DNA from: Cellvibrio sp.
GTDB lineage: Bacteria > Pseudomonadota > Gammaproteobacteria > Pseudomonadales > Cellvibrionaceae
NCBI GenBank assembly: GCA_035490715.1
Contig: DATJLF010000005.1
Coordinates: 2,208-66,207 of the forward strand
Length of the DNA: 64,000 nt
Direction: 5' to 3'
The notes beneath the pieces were generated by a model. It saw only the letters and a program-made list of their open reading frames with translations. It made no database searches and was not told where the DNA came from. The translations under genes and the position numbers were made by a program. Positions 9,268 through 19,495 of the stretch are shown here, in pieces (position 1 is the first letter of the stretch; each line of letters opens with the position of its first letter).

Positions 9268-10683
9268 TCAATTTTCGGCCATACGGGCTTCTCGCGCCGC
9301 TACACCGGTAAACTTCCACTTTCCTTGCTTCCAACGCCAGCGTTTAATGGAGGCACGAACCAATTCATCCATAATGGCAGCAATTAATAATCCATAGAGT
9401 CCCAAACCGCAGGGTATTGCCAACACAAAGGCCAAGGGTACAGAAAAAAGCCAAATCACCCCGATGCTGGAAATTGAAGTGAACGCCGCATCACCTGTAC
9501 AACGCAATGCAGATCCGATAGTGATATTCACTGTACGCCAGGGCTCTGCCAGGAAACTTAATACAAACGCCCACAAACCGATGGCAACAACTTCCGGATC
9601 ACTACTGAACAGTTTCAATATCGGTTGATTAAACACCAACCAACAGAACGCTAATATACTGGTGCCAATTAACGATATTTTTAAACTTTGTTTTAATTGC
9701 AAATTCACCAGCTCGAATTCACCACGCCCTACACGTTGCGCAATAATGGCTTCGGTCGCCATTCCGATAGCGATAGAAATCATCAAGCAAAATAAAAAGG
9801 TGTTATAGGCATACACTTTTACTTTGAGTGCCAGATCACCTACTTCGGCGGCAATCCAATTCAAGGCGATCATGTATGCCTGGAATGACATTGGCTCAAG
9901 AATCGATGGTGCTGCGATCATAATGACCGGGGTAATCAATACTACAAAATGTTTCAAGCCTTCACGCAGTGGAATATGGATGCGCAATTTGCAATGCACA
10001 ACCATCGCCACGAATAACAAACTGCATCCCGCCGCAATCGTACTTGCAATAGCAACCCCTTTGACACCTGAGGGAGGTATTCCCGCAAATCCGTAAACGG
10101 CAATAGAGCAACCAATAATATTGGTTACAAATAAAATAATGTTACTGAACGTATTCCATTTTGGCTCACCATAAATATTTAAAATGGTTTGGTAGATAAC
10201 CCTGCAACCCCAAAGCGCCACCATCCACCCAATAATTGAGAGATAAGTTCGCGCATGCATTTCCACATCAGGGCTTAATGACATCGCCGATGCAACCAAC
10301 GGCCCGCCAAAATTCACTGACAGCGCGGCGATGAGCGCAAGCACAACCACAAAGATTGCGTAAGCTGCAATAGTGGCATTCCCACGCGCATAGTCATTGG
10401 CACCGATTCGCTGGCTAGCGATACTTGCCCCTGCGAATGCACTGACAATTAAAAACGCATTGGCAACAAACACCAATGGTGTAATGGCACCAACAGCAGC
10501 GGCGGCACTGTCCGAAATACGGCTGAGAAAATACATATCCACCAAAGGAATTGTGTAAGTCACCGCTTGATCAATAAACATGGGGCCAGACATTCCCCAA
10601 ATACCTTTTTCCAATACCTTGCTTTGCGGAGGTTGTTTGCGGATATTTTCTTTGACTGATTTTTTGGCGGAGGAATTACTCAT
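9268..10683 (-). CDS. MATE-family (MOP superfamily) transporter
   Basis: Two six-TM halves, D.YFLSRISD.AAAAVG, SQRIGA/AQRVGRG repeats and LRCTGDA. ATG at 10683 preferred. Confidence 0.85.
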   Translation of the reverse strand: MSNSSAKKSVKENIRKQPPQSKVLEKGIWGMSGPMFIDQAVTYTIPLVDMYFLSRISDSAAAAVGAITPLVFVANAFLIVSAFAGASIASQRIGANDYARGNATIAAYAIFVVVLALIAALSVNFGGPLVASAMSLSPDVEMHARTYLSIIGWMVALWGCRVIYQTILNIYGEPKWNTFSNIILFVTNIIGCSIAVYGFAGIPPSGVKGVAIASTIAAGCSLLFVAMVVHCKLRIHIPLREGLKHFVVLITPVIMIAAPSILEPMSFQAYMIALNWIAAEVGDLALKVKVYAYNTFLFCLMISIAIGMATEAIIAQRVGRGEFELVNLQLKQSLKISLIGTSILAFCWLVFNQPILKLFSSDPEVVAIGLWAFVLSFLAEPWRTVNITIGSALRCTGDAAFTSISSIGVIWLFSVPLAFVLAIPCGLGLYGLLIAAIMDELVRASIKRWRWKQGKWKFTGVAAREARMAEN

Positions 10684-10819
10684 AAACAACTCAAAATTGG
10701 CACGACCAACGTACAAGACGCAAATCCGTTTACACGAATTTGCGTCTAAAAAGTTTGGAGGGAGGTTTTCTAACCTTTTTCTCGACTAGTTAAGTTACGT
10801 TAGTGTAGCGCGAAAGCGA

Positions 10820-13315
10820 TTATGTCGCCTCCCGCAAAACGATAGCAGGTGGCGTAGTGACTACCCGGCGACAACCAAGATAGCCCAGAAGGGTCACAAA
10901 CAGCGCACCGCTCACAGGAGATATCAACCAAAACAAATAATGTGGTTGGATAGGTGTTTCAAGGACGAAGGTTTGCAAACAGATCAATAGAATTTCGGTT
11001 CCCAGAATGGCGATAAATCCCGCCAAAAAACCGAGGATCGCGAACTCGGCGCAGATACTGCCCACTATCAATTGTCGCGGGCTACCCAACGCGCGCAATA
11101 AGCCTGCTTGTTGTTTGCGCGCTGCGATACTGCCCATCACTGCTGCGAACAATACCAAACATCCGCCAATCAATGTGAGCCATAACACTAACAAAACTCC
11201 ATCACTCACCTGGTTCACAATCGAACGAATTTGCTCGATGATGCGATCCAATTCCATCACCAGAATCGTTGGATGATCATGCAATAACGTATTAATAAAA
11301 GATTTTTGTTCAGCGGGTAAATAAATACTGGTGATGTAAGTTGGCGAATATCCATCGAGCGAACCTGGTTCAAAAATAAAAAAGAAATTTGGCCTCATGC
11401 TGCGCCAATCAAGGCTTCGAAAACTCGCCACCTGTGCATGCATTTCCAATCCACCAAATGAAAACTGTAATTTATCGCCAAGTTTCAAACCAATGTCGGT
11501 GGCGGTCTCAATTTCCACGGATACACCAGGCAAATCGGATTCATTTCGTTGCCATGTGTCCCACCACTGCCCTTTTAAAATTTTGTTATCAGCTGCCAGT
11601 TTATCGGACCAGGTGACATTCAATTCGCGACGTAATGCATTACTGGTAGAACGCTGTTCTTCCGTTGTTTCTACATTATTGATAAGGGTTAACCGTGCTC
11701 GCATCATCGGATAAATAGGCTCCGGACGAACCTGTGATTCTTTTAACAAAGCCTGCACATGAGGTAATTCATCCGGTGGAATATTGACCAGAAAATGATT
11801 AGGTGCATCATCCGGCACTTGCACCTTCCATTCTTCAATCAATGAAGTGCGAACAATAGTAAGAGTGAACAACAACATAATTGCAACAGCAAATACCAGA
11901 ATCTGGATCAAACTCTGGCCACGATTACGCTGCAAGTTAGCGAAGGCCAAACGCCAGAAACCACCAAGATTCACCACCCACTTTTTACTGAGCACCAACA
12001 ATCCAAACGCAATCACCAATGTCGCCACAATTACAGCCAATAAAGCACTGCTGATACTTAAAGCAAGCTCCAGATCCCGACTGAATAAAATGACCAATGT
12101 TAGAACAGCAAACAATGCGAGTGCTGCCTGCATCCATACTTGAGTAGTGTTTACCGTTAGCTCACGGCGCAGGATTTTTAGTGGTGGCACAGTTGGCAAA
12201 TGCCACAACGCAGGCAATGCAAAAAAAACCAGACACATTAATCCGCTCAAAAAACTGAGTGCGTAAGGATACACACTGGATGGGCCAAGGCGAATTTGAT
12301 AAGCCTCTTGCAAACTCACTGCAATAAGTTGTTGCAAGAAACTTCCCAATACCAATCCCAATAGTGATGAAATACCGCCCAACAAAAACATCTGGGAAAA
12401 ATATAAACTGCGAATGCGAGTTGCACTTGCACCCAGGCTTTTCATGAGCGCTACCTGATCCGTATGACGACCGGAAAACTGGCGCGCGGCAATCGCAATA
12501 GCAACACCGGCCAGTAATACCGCGATAACGGCCGAGAGCAGCAAAAATTGTTTGCTGGTTTGTAATGTGCGGCCAACTCGCTCCTGGGCAGAATTAATAT
12601 CGACTAAACGTTGGTGTTTATTGAGCTGTGGTTTTAATTGATCAATAAACTGTTTGAGTTGTTGTACTTCATCACTCGCGACTAACCATTGGTAATCAAC
12701 GCGACTACCAGGTTGCACAACGTGTGTCTTTGGTAAATCATCGATATTCATAATGAGGCGTGCACCCGTCATGCTAAACGGGCTTGCACTATCCGGCTCA
12801 CGAATAAGTACTTGGGTCACGGTCAATTCATACTCACCGACGGCAACCTTGTCCCCCAGGTTAATTTTCAGCAACGGTAACAAACGTGAATCAACCCAGG
12901 CTTCACTAGGCGCTGGAATCGCTTTCGCAATTTCAATATCGCTCGAGTTCATAGCAAAAGGCACGCGGCTGATTTCAAACTTCCCTCGCAAAGGATAACC
13001 CTCTGCCACAGCCTTAACAGAAGCCAGATGCATTTCATCGCCCGCAAATACCATGGACGAAAATAAAGCCGATTGCGTTTGGCGAATTCCTGCATCAGTG
13101 GCAGTTTTTTCCCATTCAACATTGTGCGGCTGAGAACTGCGAACAATATAATCAGCACCTAACACACTGTTACTTTCGCTGATTAACGTGGATTCCAGAC
13201 GATCAGTAAAAATCGCAATTCCGCTTAATACTGCCACAGCAAGGATCAAGGAAAAACCAAGCAGTTTTAACTCCCCACTGCGCCAATTTCGTTTTAGCAA
13301 CTGAATTGCCAGCAT
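10820..13315 (-). CDS. ybbP: YbbP-like ABC transporter permease (two FtsX domains)
   Basis: 831 aa; RNWRSGEL N-terminus, PNHFLVNI, RRELNVTW and W.SMRPNFF motifs; next to ybbA/tesA. Confidence 0.85.
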   Translation of the reverse strand: MLAIQLLKRNWRSGELKLLGFSLILAVAVLSGIAIFTDRLESTLISESNSVLGADYIVRSSQPHNVEWEKTATDAGIRQTQSALFSSMVFAGDEMHLASVKAVAEGYPLRGKFEISRVPFAMNSSDIEIAKAIPAPSEAWVDSRLLPLLKINLGDKVAVGEYELTVTQVLIREPDSASPFSMTGARLIMNIDDLPKTHVVQPGSRVDYQWLVASDEVQQLKQFIDQLKPQLNKHQRLVDINSAQERVGRTLQTSKQFLLLSAVIAVLLAGVAIAIAARQFSGRHTDQVALMKSLGASATRIRSLYFSQMFLLGGISSLLGLVLGSFLQQLIAVSLQEAYQIRLGPSSVYPYALSFLSGLMCLVFFALPALWHLPTVPPLKILRRELTVNTTQVWMQAALALFAVLTLVILFSRDLELALSISSALLAVIVATLVIAFGLLVLSKKWVVNLGGFWRLAFANLQRNRGQSLIQILVFAVAIMLLFTLTIVRTSLIEEWKVQVPDDAPNHFLVNIPPDELPHVQALLKESQVRPEPIYPMMRARLTLINNVETTEEQRSTSNALRRELNVTWSDKLAADNKILKGQWWDTWQRNESDLPGVSVEIETATDIGLKLGDKLQFSFGGLEMHAQVASFRSLDWRSMRPNFFFIFEPGSLDGYSPTYITSIYLPAEQKSFINTLLHDHPTILVMELDRIIEQIRSIVNQVSDGVLLVLWLTLIGGCLVLFAAVMGSIAARKQQAGLLRALGSPRQLIVGSICAEFAILGFLAGFIAILGTEILLICLQTFVLETPIQPHYLFWLISPVSGALFVTLLGYLGCRRVVTTPPAIVLREAT

Positions 13316-13318
13316 TTT

Positions 13319-14053
13319 TTACTCCCTACGCGATACAATCGCGCCCGCCGCAATTTCAATGCGCCGTTGGCATAATTGCGCCAGACGCTCTTCATGGGTA
13401 ATCAAAATCAGTGTTGTTCCTTGTGCACGATTCAACTCAAACAGTAATTCGATAATTCGCGCACCGGTGGTGGAATCCAGATTACCTGTTGGTTCATCTG
13501 CAAATAAAATTCGAGGTTCACTCGCAAAAGCGCGGGCAATAGCCACGCGTTGTTGTTCACCGCCGGACAATTGCTGTGGATAATGATGCAAGCGCGCGTC
13601 CAGCCCTACCCGGTTTAAAAATTCTTTTGCTTTGACTTGTGCTAATTTATCGCCGCGTAATTCCAAAGGCAGCATGACATTTTCCAGAGCTGTTAAACCC
13701 GGTAGCAATTGGAAAGATTGAAAAATAAATCCCACATTTTGGGCTCGCACTGCAGCACGCCCCTCCTCGTCCAATTGCGATAGATTTGTCCCGTGCAAAA
13801 TAACTTCGCCGCTAGAAGGAACATCCAGCCCCGCGAGAATTCCAAGCAGAGTAGATTTTCCCGAACCCGATGCGCCAGTAATTGCCAATGACTCACCTGC
13901 ATTAACCGACAACGAGATGGGGTGGAGGATTAACAACTCACCCTCCTGTGTGGGTACATGCTTAGTCACAGCATTTGCCTGAACCATTGATGCAAGTGAA
14001 GTGGTGTTATGCACCGTGTTTGAGAAAGGGACCTGACTGGAAAGCACAGACAT
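13319..14053 (-). CDS. ybbA: YbbA-like ABC ATP-binding protein
   Basis: GASGSGKST Walker A, LSGGEQQRV signature, FADEPTGNLD. Confidence 0.88.
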   Translation of the reverse strand: MSVLSSQVPFSNTVHNTTSLASMVQANAVTKHVPTQEGELLILHPISLSVNAGESLAITGASGSGKSTLLGILAGLDVPSSGEVILHGTNLSQLDEEGRAAVRAQNVGFIFQSFQLLPGLTALENVMLPLELRGDKLAQVKAKEFLNRVGLDARLHHYPQQLSGGEQQRVAIARAFASEPRILFADEPTGNLDSTTGARIIELLFELNRAQGTTLILITHEERLAQLCQRRIEIAAGAIVSRRE

Positions 14054-14105
14054 AATTGATTAACCTGTAACAAGTTGATTAAGCCCATTCTATTGGCAGA
14101 GGATT

Positions 14106-14735
14106 TTGTTCACCATGCAAAAATTGCACATTTACTTGTTTTTACTCCTGACTTTTGTCACCAATACTACCTTTGCAGAACAGCCCACCGACAAAATTTT
14201 GGTTATGGGTGACAGCTTGAGCGCCGGTTATGGAATAGATATTCAACAAGGATGGGTGAGTTTGTTAGAAAAAGAATTAAATAAAACCCGCAACATACAA
14301 GTCATAAATGCCAGCGTAAGCGGTGAAACTACCTCTGGCGGCAAAACCCGTTTACCAGCGTTATTGAGCGAGCATAAACCTAGTGTGGTTATTTTGGAGC
14401 TAGGTGGTAATGACGGCTTAAGGGGGCAACCATTGAAGCTACTGGAAAAAAATTTACAAATCATGATTGATGCAAGTAAAAATTCCGGTGCAAAAGTCAT
14501 TCTGGCAGGAATGCAAATTCCACCCAACTACGGCCCACGTTATAGCAATGAATTTAAAAAACTGTATTCGACGCTGGCAGAAAAAAATCAGTCCGGATTA
14601 ATTATATTTTTATTGGAAGGAATCGGCGGAAAAGCAGAATTGATGCAACGCGATGGCATACATCCAACGGCAGAGGCGCAGCCCATTATTATGAAAAATG
14701 TGTTACCGGAAATTAAAAAATACCTGCAGGAATAA
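14106..14735 (+). CDS. tesA: GDSL arylesterase / acyl-CoA thioesterase I
   Basis: GDSLSAG, ELGGNDG and DGIHP blocks, signal peptide; divergent from ybbA. Alternative ATG at 14115. Confidence 0.9.
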   Translation: MFTMQKLHIYLFLLLTFVTNTTFAEQPTDKILVMGDSLSAGYGIDIQQGWVSLLEKELNKTRNIQVINASVSGETTSGGKTRLPALLSEHKPSVVILELGGNDGLRGQPLKLLEKNLQIMIDASKNSGAKVILAGMQIPPNYGPRYSNEFKKLYSTLAEKNQSGLIIFLLEGIGGKAELMQRDGIHPTAEAQPIIMKNVLPEIKKYLQE

Positions 14736-14747
14736 ACGAAGCCGCCT

Positions 14748-16478
14748 TTAAAGCGGCTCCAGATAATCTACTAATAATTGCAAATTGATATTGCCCCGGA
14801 ATTCATTGATATCCAATCGGTACGCCATGCGCACCTTTTGTATTTGCGGATTTGGCCAACTATTGATATCGACATTAAAAGCAATTGCATCAACAGACTG
14901 CTGCCCATGTGCATCCAGGGCCAATGTCATTTTTAAATGCTTATCGCCGACTTTACGTTGCTGTAGTAAAAAGAATTCACCATCGAAAATGGGCTCTGGA
15001 AAATGTTGTCCCCAGGGACCGGCATCACGCAACTGAGCAGCCAGTTGCAAAGAAAAATCGGAGGCAAGTAACTCGCCATCGCTAATAACAACGGCCTGTA
15101 AATCAACTTCATTTAATTGCCGACGAACCTCATCATCAAATGCTTTTGCAAAAGCTGTGAAATTTTTACGTTCCAAACTCATTCCCGCCGCCATGGCATG
15201 GCCGCCAAATTTTTGCAGTAACCCGGGATACCGCGCAGCAATTGCATCCAATGCATCTCGAATATGTAAACCGGGGACTGACCGCGCTGAACCTTTTATT
15301 TCCGTATCGCTCACTTCGGCAAAGACAATGGTGGGGCGATGGTATTTATCTTTAATGCGGGACGCAAGAATACCGATAACACCTTGGTGCCAGGTTTCAT
15401 CAAAAAGACAAACTCCCCATGGCAAATCGTTTGCGTCAGCCTGTAAGGTTTTTTGCAGCATCCCCATAGCTTCCTGCTGCATTCCACTTTCTATGGCTTT
15501 GCGATCGCGATTTAATTCATCCATTTGCGTCGCCATTTCGCGAGCAAGATTTTCGCTTTCACATAACAGGCATTGGATACCAAGCGACATATCGTCCAGA
15601 CGCCCGGCTGCATTCAAACGTGGCCCTAATGCAAAACCAAAATCGCTTGCCACCAATTTATGGGCTTGCTTGCCGGCAACCTCCAGCATGGCTTTTATAC
15701 CGGGGCGACAGCGGCCGGCGCGAATTCGCTCCAAACCTTGCGCAACCAGAATGCGGTTGTTGTGATCCAGCGGCACTACGTCCGCCACAGTTCCCAATGC
15801 AACCAAATCGAGAAAGCTGGCCATATTGGGTTCGGGAATTCCGTTTTCTTCGAACCAGCCAATTTGACGCAGCTCACCGCGCAACGCATTCATCACATAA
15901 AAAATGACACCGACACCGGCGAGATTTTTACTGGGAAATTCGCAGCCGGGTTGATTCGGATTCACAATCGCATCGGCATCCGGTAATACCGCCCCGGGCA
16001 AATGGTGATCTGTGACTATGACAGCAATTCCCAATTCGCGCGCCGCGTTCACACCTTCAATACTGGAAATCCCGTTATCCACGGTGATGATAATATCCGG
16101 TTGTTGCGCAGCCGCAACGGCAACAATTTCCGGCGTTAGACCATAACCGTATTCAAAACGATTGGGCACAAGAAAGTCTACAGTAGTTAATCCCATTGCC
16201 CGCAATGCCAATACTGCCAGTGCACTACTGGTTGCACCGTCCGCATCAAAATCACCCACAATAACCACTTTTGCTTGCGCAACAACAGCATCTGCAAGCA
16301 AGCCAACGGCATCAGCCAACCCTTTAAAGTTGGGTTTAAGTAGATGTGCTAATTGATATTGCAATTCACGTCCATGCTGGACGCCCCGCGCAGAATAAAT
16401 GCGCTGCAATAATGGATGCAGCGGGTGATCAAATTGTGTGAGTTGCGTTAATTCACGACGACGGATGATTTTTTGCAT
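14748..16478 (-). CDS. recJ: Single-stranded DNA exonuclease RecJ
   Basis: GDFDADG, TVDNG, TDHH (DHH) and GGHAMAAG motifs. Confidence 0.97.
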   Translation of the reverse strand: MQKIIRRRELTQLTQFDHPLHPLLQRIYSARGVQHGRELQYQLAHLLKPNFKGLADAVGLLADAVVAQAKVVIVGDFDADGATSSALAVLALRAMGLTTVDFLVPNRFEYGYGLTPEIVAVAAAQQPDIIITVDNGISSIEGVNAARELGIAVIVTDHHLPGAVLPDADAIVNPNQPGCEFPSKNLAGVGVIFYVMNALRGELRQIGWFEENGIPEPNMASFLDLVALGTVADVVPLDHNNRILVAQGLERIRAGRCRPGIKAMLEVAGKQAHKLVASDFGFALGPRLNAAGRLDDMSLGIQCLLCESENLAREMATQMDELNRDRKAIESGMQQEAMGMLQKTLQADANDLPWGVCLFDETWHQGVIGILASRIKDKYHRPTIVFAEVSDTEIKGSARSVPGLHIRDALDAIAARYPGLLQKFGGHAMAAGMSLERKNFTAFAKAFDDEVRRQLNEVDLQAVVISDGELLASDFSLQLAAQLRDAGPWGQHFPEPIFDGEFFLLQQRKVGDKHLKMTLALDAHGQQSVDAIAFNVDINSWPNPQIQKVRMAYRLDINEFRGNINLQLLVDYLEPL

Positions 16479-16564
16479 AGTTAATTGCGATATTCATGTT
16501 GAATCTTTTTAAAAATAACATCATGGGGTTCTGACACCCCATAATATTTTAAAAAAATAAGAAT

Positions 16565-16600
16565 AAAAAAAGCCGCACTGGATCTACCAATGCGGCTTTT
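16565..16600 (-). terminator. Intrinsic terminator after thrC
   Basis: AAAAGCCGCA...TGCGGCTTTT stem with a 7-U tail on the minus strand. Confidence 0.75.
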
Positions 16601-16615
16601 AAACATCAAATAAAA

Positions 16616-18013
16616 TTACTCACGCACATTAGCAGCAACGAATTGCTGCACTTTAACCAATTCCTGTGGCAGCACTGTATAACGCTCTTCGCGCTCAAAC
16701 AAATCTTTCATATGATGCGGCAATACAGGGTCGGTATCCTGCCCTGCTTTTCTTACAGCTTCCGGGAATTTCGCTGGATGTGCAGTTGCCAGTACCACCA
16801 TCGGAATATCCTGACGACGACGAGTTTTACGCGCAGCGTCCACACCGATTGCAGTGTGTGGATCGAGCAAGTATTCAGTGCGATCAAATACTTCACGAAT
16901 CACATTGATAGTTACTTCGTCGCTAACACCGTGACTGGTGAATAATTCGCGCGCGCGCGCCAACGCAGATTCTTTCAATGTCATGCTGCCAGATTTGAAA
17001 TCTTCCATTAGCTGACGAATTGCACTGCCATCGCGGTCATACAAATCAAATAACATACGTTCAAAATTGCTAGACACCATAATGTCCATACTGGGAGACA
17101 ATGTGTGCTGCAATTGATTTTTGCTGTGATCGTTACTGCTGATGCAACGATGCAGAATGTCGTTGCTGTTAGTGGCAATCACTAATTGATCAACCGGCAA
17201 ACCCATTTTTTTGGCGAGGTAACCAGCAAAAATATCGCCGAAGTTTCCTGTAGGGACAGAAAATGCGATTGGACGATGCGGAGCACCCAATGCCAAACCA
17301 GCATAAAAGTAATAGACGATTTGGGCCATGATGCGCGCCCAGTTAATCGAGTTTACAGCTACCAGTTGACGACCTCCCGGCAAGAACGATTGATCACCGA
17401 AGCTGGCTTTCACCATGTTCTGGCAATCGTCGAAATTACCTTCGAGTGCAATATTAAATACGTTCGGTGCAAGCACAGTAGTCATTTGGCGACGCTGCAC
17501 ATTGGATACTCGATTGTTCGGGTGCATGATAAAAATATCGATGTTATCGCAACGACGACAACCTTCAATTGCCGCAGAACCGGTATCGCCCGAGGTTGCG
17601 CCCATCACCACCACTTTTTGATTACGCTTTTTCAACAAGTGATCAAGCAAGTGACCAAGGAATTGCAATGCGAAATCTTTAAATGCGAGGGTTGGTCCCT
17701 GGAATAATTCAAGAATCCATTCGTTGTGCGCAGTTTGTACTAAAGGTGCAATCGCATCATGACGGAAAGTTGCGTAAGCATCGGCGATAATTTTTTTGAA
17801 ATCTGCGTCGCTGATAGCCCCTGCGACAAAAGGCTTCATTACATTAAATGCGAGATCCTGGTAGGACAATCCCGCCCAGGAAGCAATTTCTTCTTTGGAG
17901 AATGTCGGCAGGGTTTCAGGTACATATAAACCACCGTCCGGAGCAAGACCGGTAAGGACCACTTCTTCAAAACTGAGTGCGGGCGCCTGTCCGCGAGTAC
18001 TGATGTATTTCAC
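16616..18013 (-). CDS. thrC: Threonine synthase
   Basis: MKYISTRG, LFQGPTLAFKD, ATSGDTG and NSINWARI motifs. Confidence 0.96.
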   Translation of the reverse strand: MKYISTRGQAPALSFEEVVLTGLAPDGGLYVPETLPTFSKEEIASWAGLSYQDLAFNVMKPFVAGAISDADFKKIIADAYATFRHDAIAPLVQTAHNEWILELFQGPTLAFKDFALQFLGHLLDHLLKKRNQKVVVMGATSGDTGSAAIEGCRRCDNIDIFIMHPNNRVSNVQRRQMTTVLAPNVFNIALEGNFDDCQNMVKASFGDQSFLPGGRQLVAVNSINWARIMAQIVYYFYAGLALGAPHRPIAFSVPTGNFGDIFAGYLAKKMGLPVDQLVIATNSNDILHRCISSNDHSKNQLQHTLSPSMDIMVSSNFERMLFDLYDRDGSAIRQLMEDFKSGSMTLKESALARARELFTSHGVSDEVTINVIREVFDRTEYLLDPHTAIGVDAARKTRRRQDIPMVVLATAHPAKFPEAVRKAGQDTDPVLPHHMKDLFEREERYTVLPQELVKVQQFVAANVRE

Positions 18014-18054
18014 AATAAATAACCTTTTAAAATTTACTGCTTGGAAGTCACTGA

Positions 18055-19359
18055 TTATTTCAATGCTTCAACGCGGATGCGTTGAACAGAACCACTAACA
18101 GAATCCAACGCTTCAATACTGCGAATAGCAGCAGACAGTTTTTTGTCTAGTACTTTATTAGTCAGCAAAATCAATGGAACAGTCGACTCACCTTCCTTTG
18201 CCTCCTTTTGAATCATGGCTTCAATACTGATACCAGAATCACTCAGAATTGTGGCAATTTTGGAGAGCACACCAGGCTTGTCTTGCGCAGCCATGCGTAG
18301 ATAATTTGCAGTTTCAACGTCCTCAATGGCAAGAATGGGTTGCTCGGAAACAAAATCAGCACCAAACCCCAAATAAGGAACACGATGCTGCGGTGAAGCC
18401 GTCAAAGTACGAGCTACATCAACAATATCACCCACAATCGATGAGCCTGTAGGTTCAGCGCCAGCGCCAGCGCCGTAATACAGCGTTGGACCTACAGCAT
18501 CACCTTTAACCAATACCGCGTTCATTACACCATCAACGTTGGCAATCAGACGCTTTTCGGGAATCAAGGTCGGATGCACACGTAACTCAATGCCTTTATC
18601 GGTACGACGGGCAATACCTAAATTTTTGATGCGATAACCCAGTTCTTCAGCATAAGTCACATCTTCAGTGGCGATCCTGGTAATACCCTCAGTAAACACT
18701 TTGTTAATTTCTAACGGAATTCCGAATGCCAATGAGGCGAGTATTACCAATTTGTGGGCAGCATCAATACCTTCCACATCAAATGTTGGATCCGCTTCGG
18801 CATATCCAAGAGCTTGAGCCTCTGCCAACACATCATCAAATGAACGACCTTTATCGCGCATCTCAGTGAGAATAAAGTTGCCAGTACCATTAATAATGCC
18901 GGCCAACCATTCAATATTATTGGCAGCAAGGCCTTCGCGAATAGCTTTAATAATAGGAATACCGCCAGCCACTGCCGCTTCAAATGCAACAGTTACGCCT
19001 TTTGCCTTGGCCGCCGCAAAAATCTCATTGCCATAATGGGCAATCAACGCCTTGTTAGCAGTGACTACGTGCTTACCATTTTCAATAGCCCTAAGCACCA
19101 GATCCTTAGCAATCGTAGTACCACCAATTACCTCAACCAGTACATCTACATCAGGGTTGTTAGCAACCTCAAAAATGTCACGAGTTACATTAAATTTTGA
19201 CGTGTCACAATTCGGGTTATCACGACGAGCACCGATTTGAACAATGGAAATGTTACAACCGGCACGGGCATCGATATGCGCTTTGTTGCGCGTGAGAATG
19301 TTAACTGTACCACTGCCCACGGTTCCCAGACCGCAGATGCCTATTCTTACCGGATTCAA
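18055..19359 (-). CDS. hom: Homoserine dehydrogenase (with ACT domain)
   Basis: GLGTVG, VTANKAL, EAAVAGGIP and NGTGNFIL motifs; C-terminal ACT DKPGVL. Confidence 0.96.
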   Translation of the reverse strand: MNPVRIGICGLGTVGSGTVNILTRNKAHIDARAGCNISIVQIGARRDNPNCDTSKFNVTRDIFEVANNPDVDVLVEVIGGTTIAKDLVLRAIENGKHVVTANKALIAHYGNEIFAAAKAKGVTVAFEAAVAGGIPIIKAIREGLAANNIEWLAGIINGTGNFILTEMRDKGRSFDDVLAEAQALGYAEADPTFDVEGIDAAHKLVILASLAFGIPLEINKVFTEGITRIATEDVTYAEELGYRIKNLGIARRTDKGIELRVHPTLIPEKRLIANVDGVMNAVLVKGDAVGPTLYYGAGAGAEPTGSSIVGDIVDVARTLTASPQHRVPYLGFGADFVSEQPILAIEDVETANYLRMAAQDKPGVLSKIATILSDSGISIEAMIQKEAKEGESTVPLILLTNKVLDKKLSAAIRSIEALDSVSGSVQRIRVEALK

Positions 19360-19403
19360 GGTGAATTCCTCGTCAAAAGAGAAGTGAAAATTACGCCAAT
19401 ACT

Positions 19404-19437
19404 AAAAAAGACGGCCACCATACTCATGGTGGCCGTC
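19404..19437 (-). terminator. Intrinsic terminator after dsbC
   Basis: Perfect 12-bp stem GACGGCCACCAT/ATGGTGGCCGTC followed by U6 on the minus strand. Confidence 0.8.
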
Positions 19438-19495
19438 AGTGTCAATTGCACAGGGAAAGACGGTCACAACAGTGAACATCAAGCCCAAAAAATTG

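Noticed and set aside
9268-10683. MATE protein as the flippase for the sugar cluster
   Set aside because: It is convergent, separated by a terminator, and has MATE rather than Wzx/GtrA features; adjacency is the only support.
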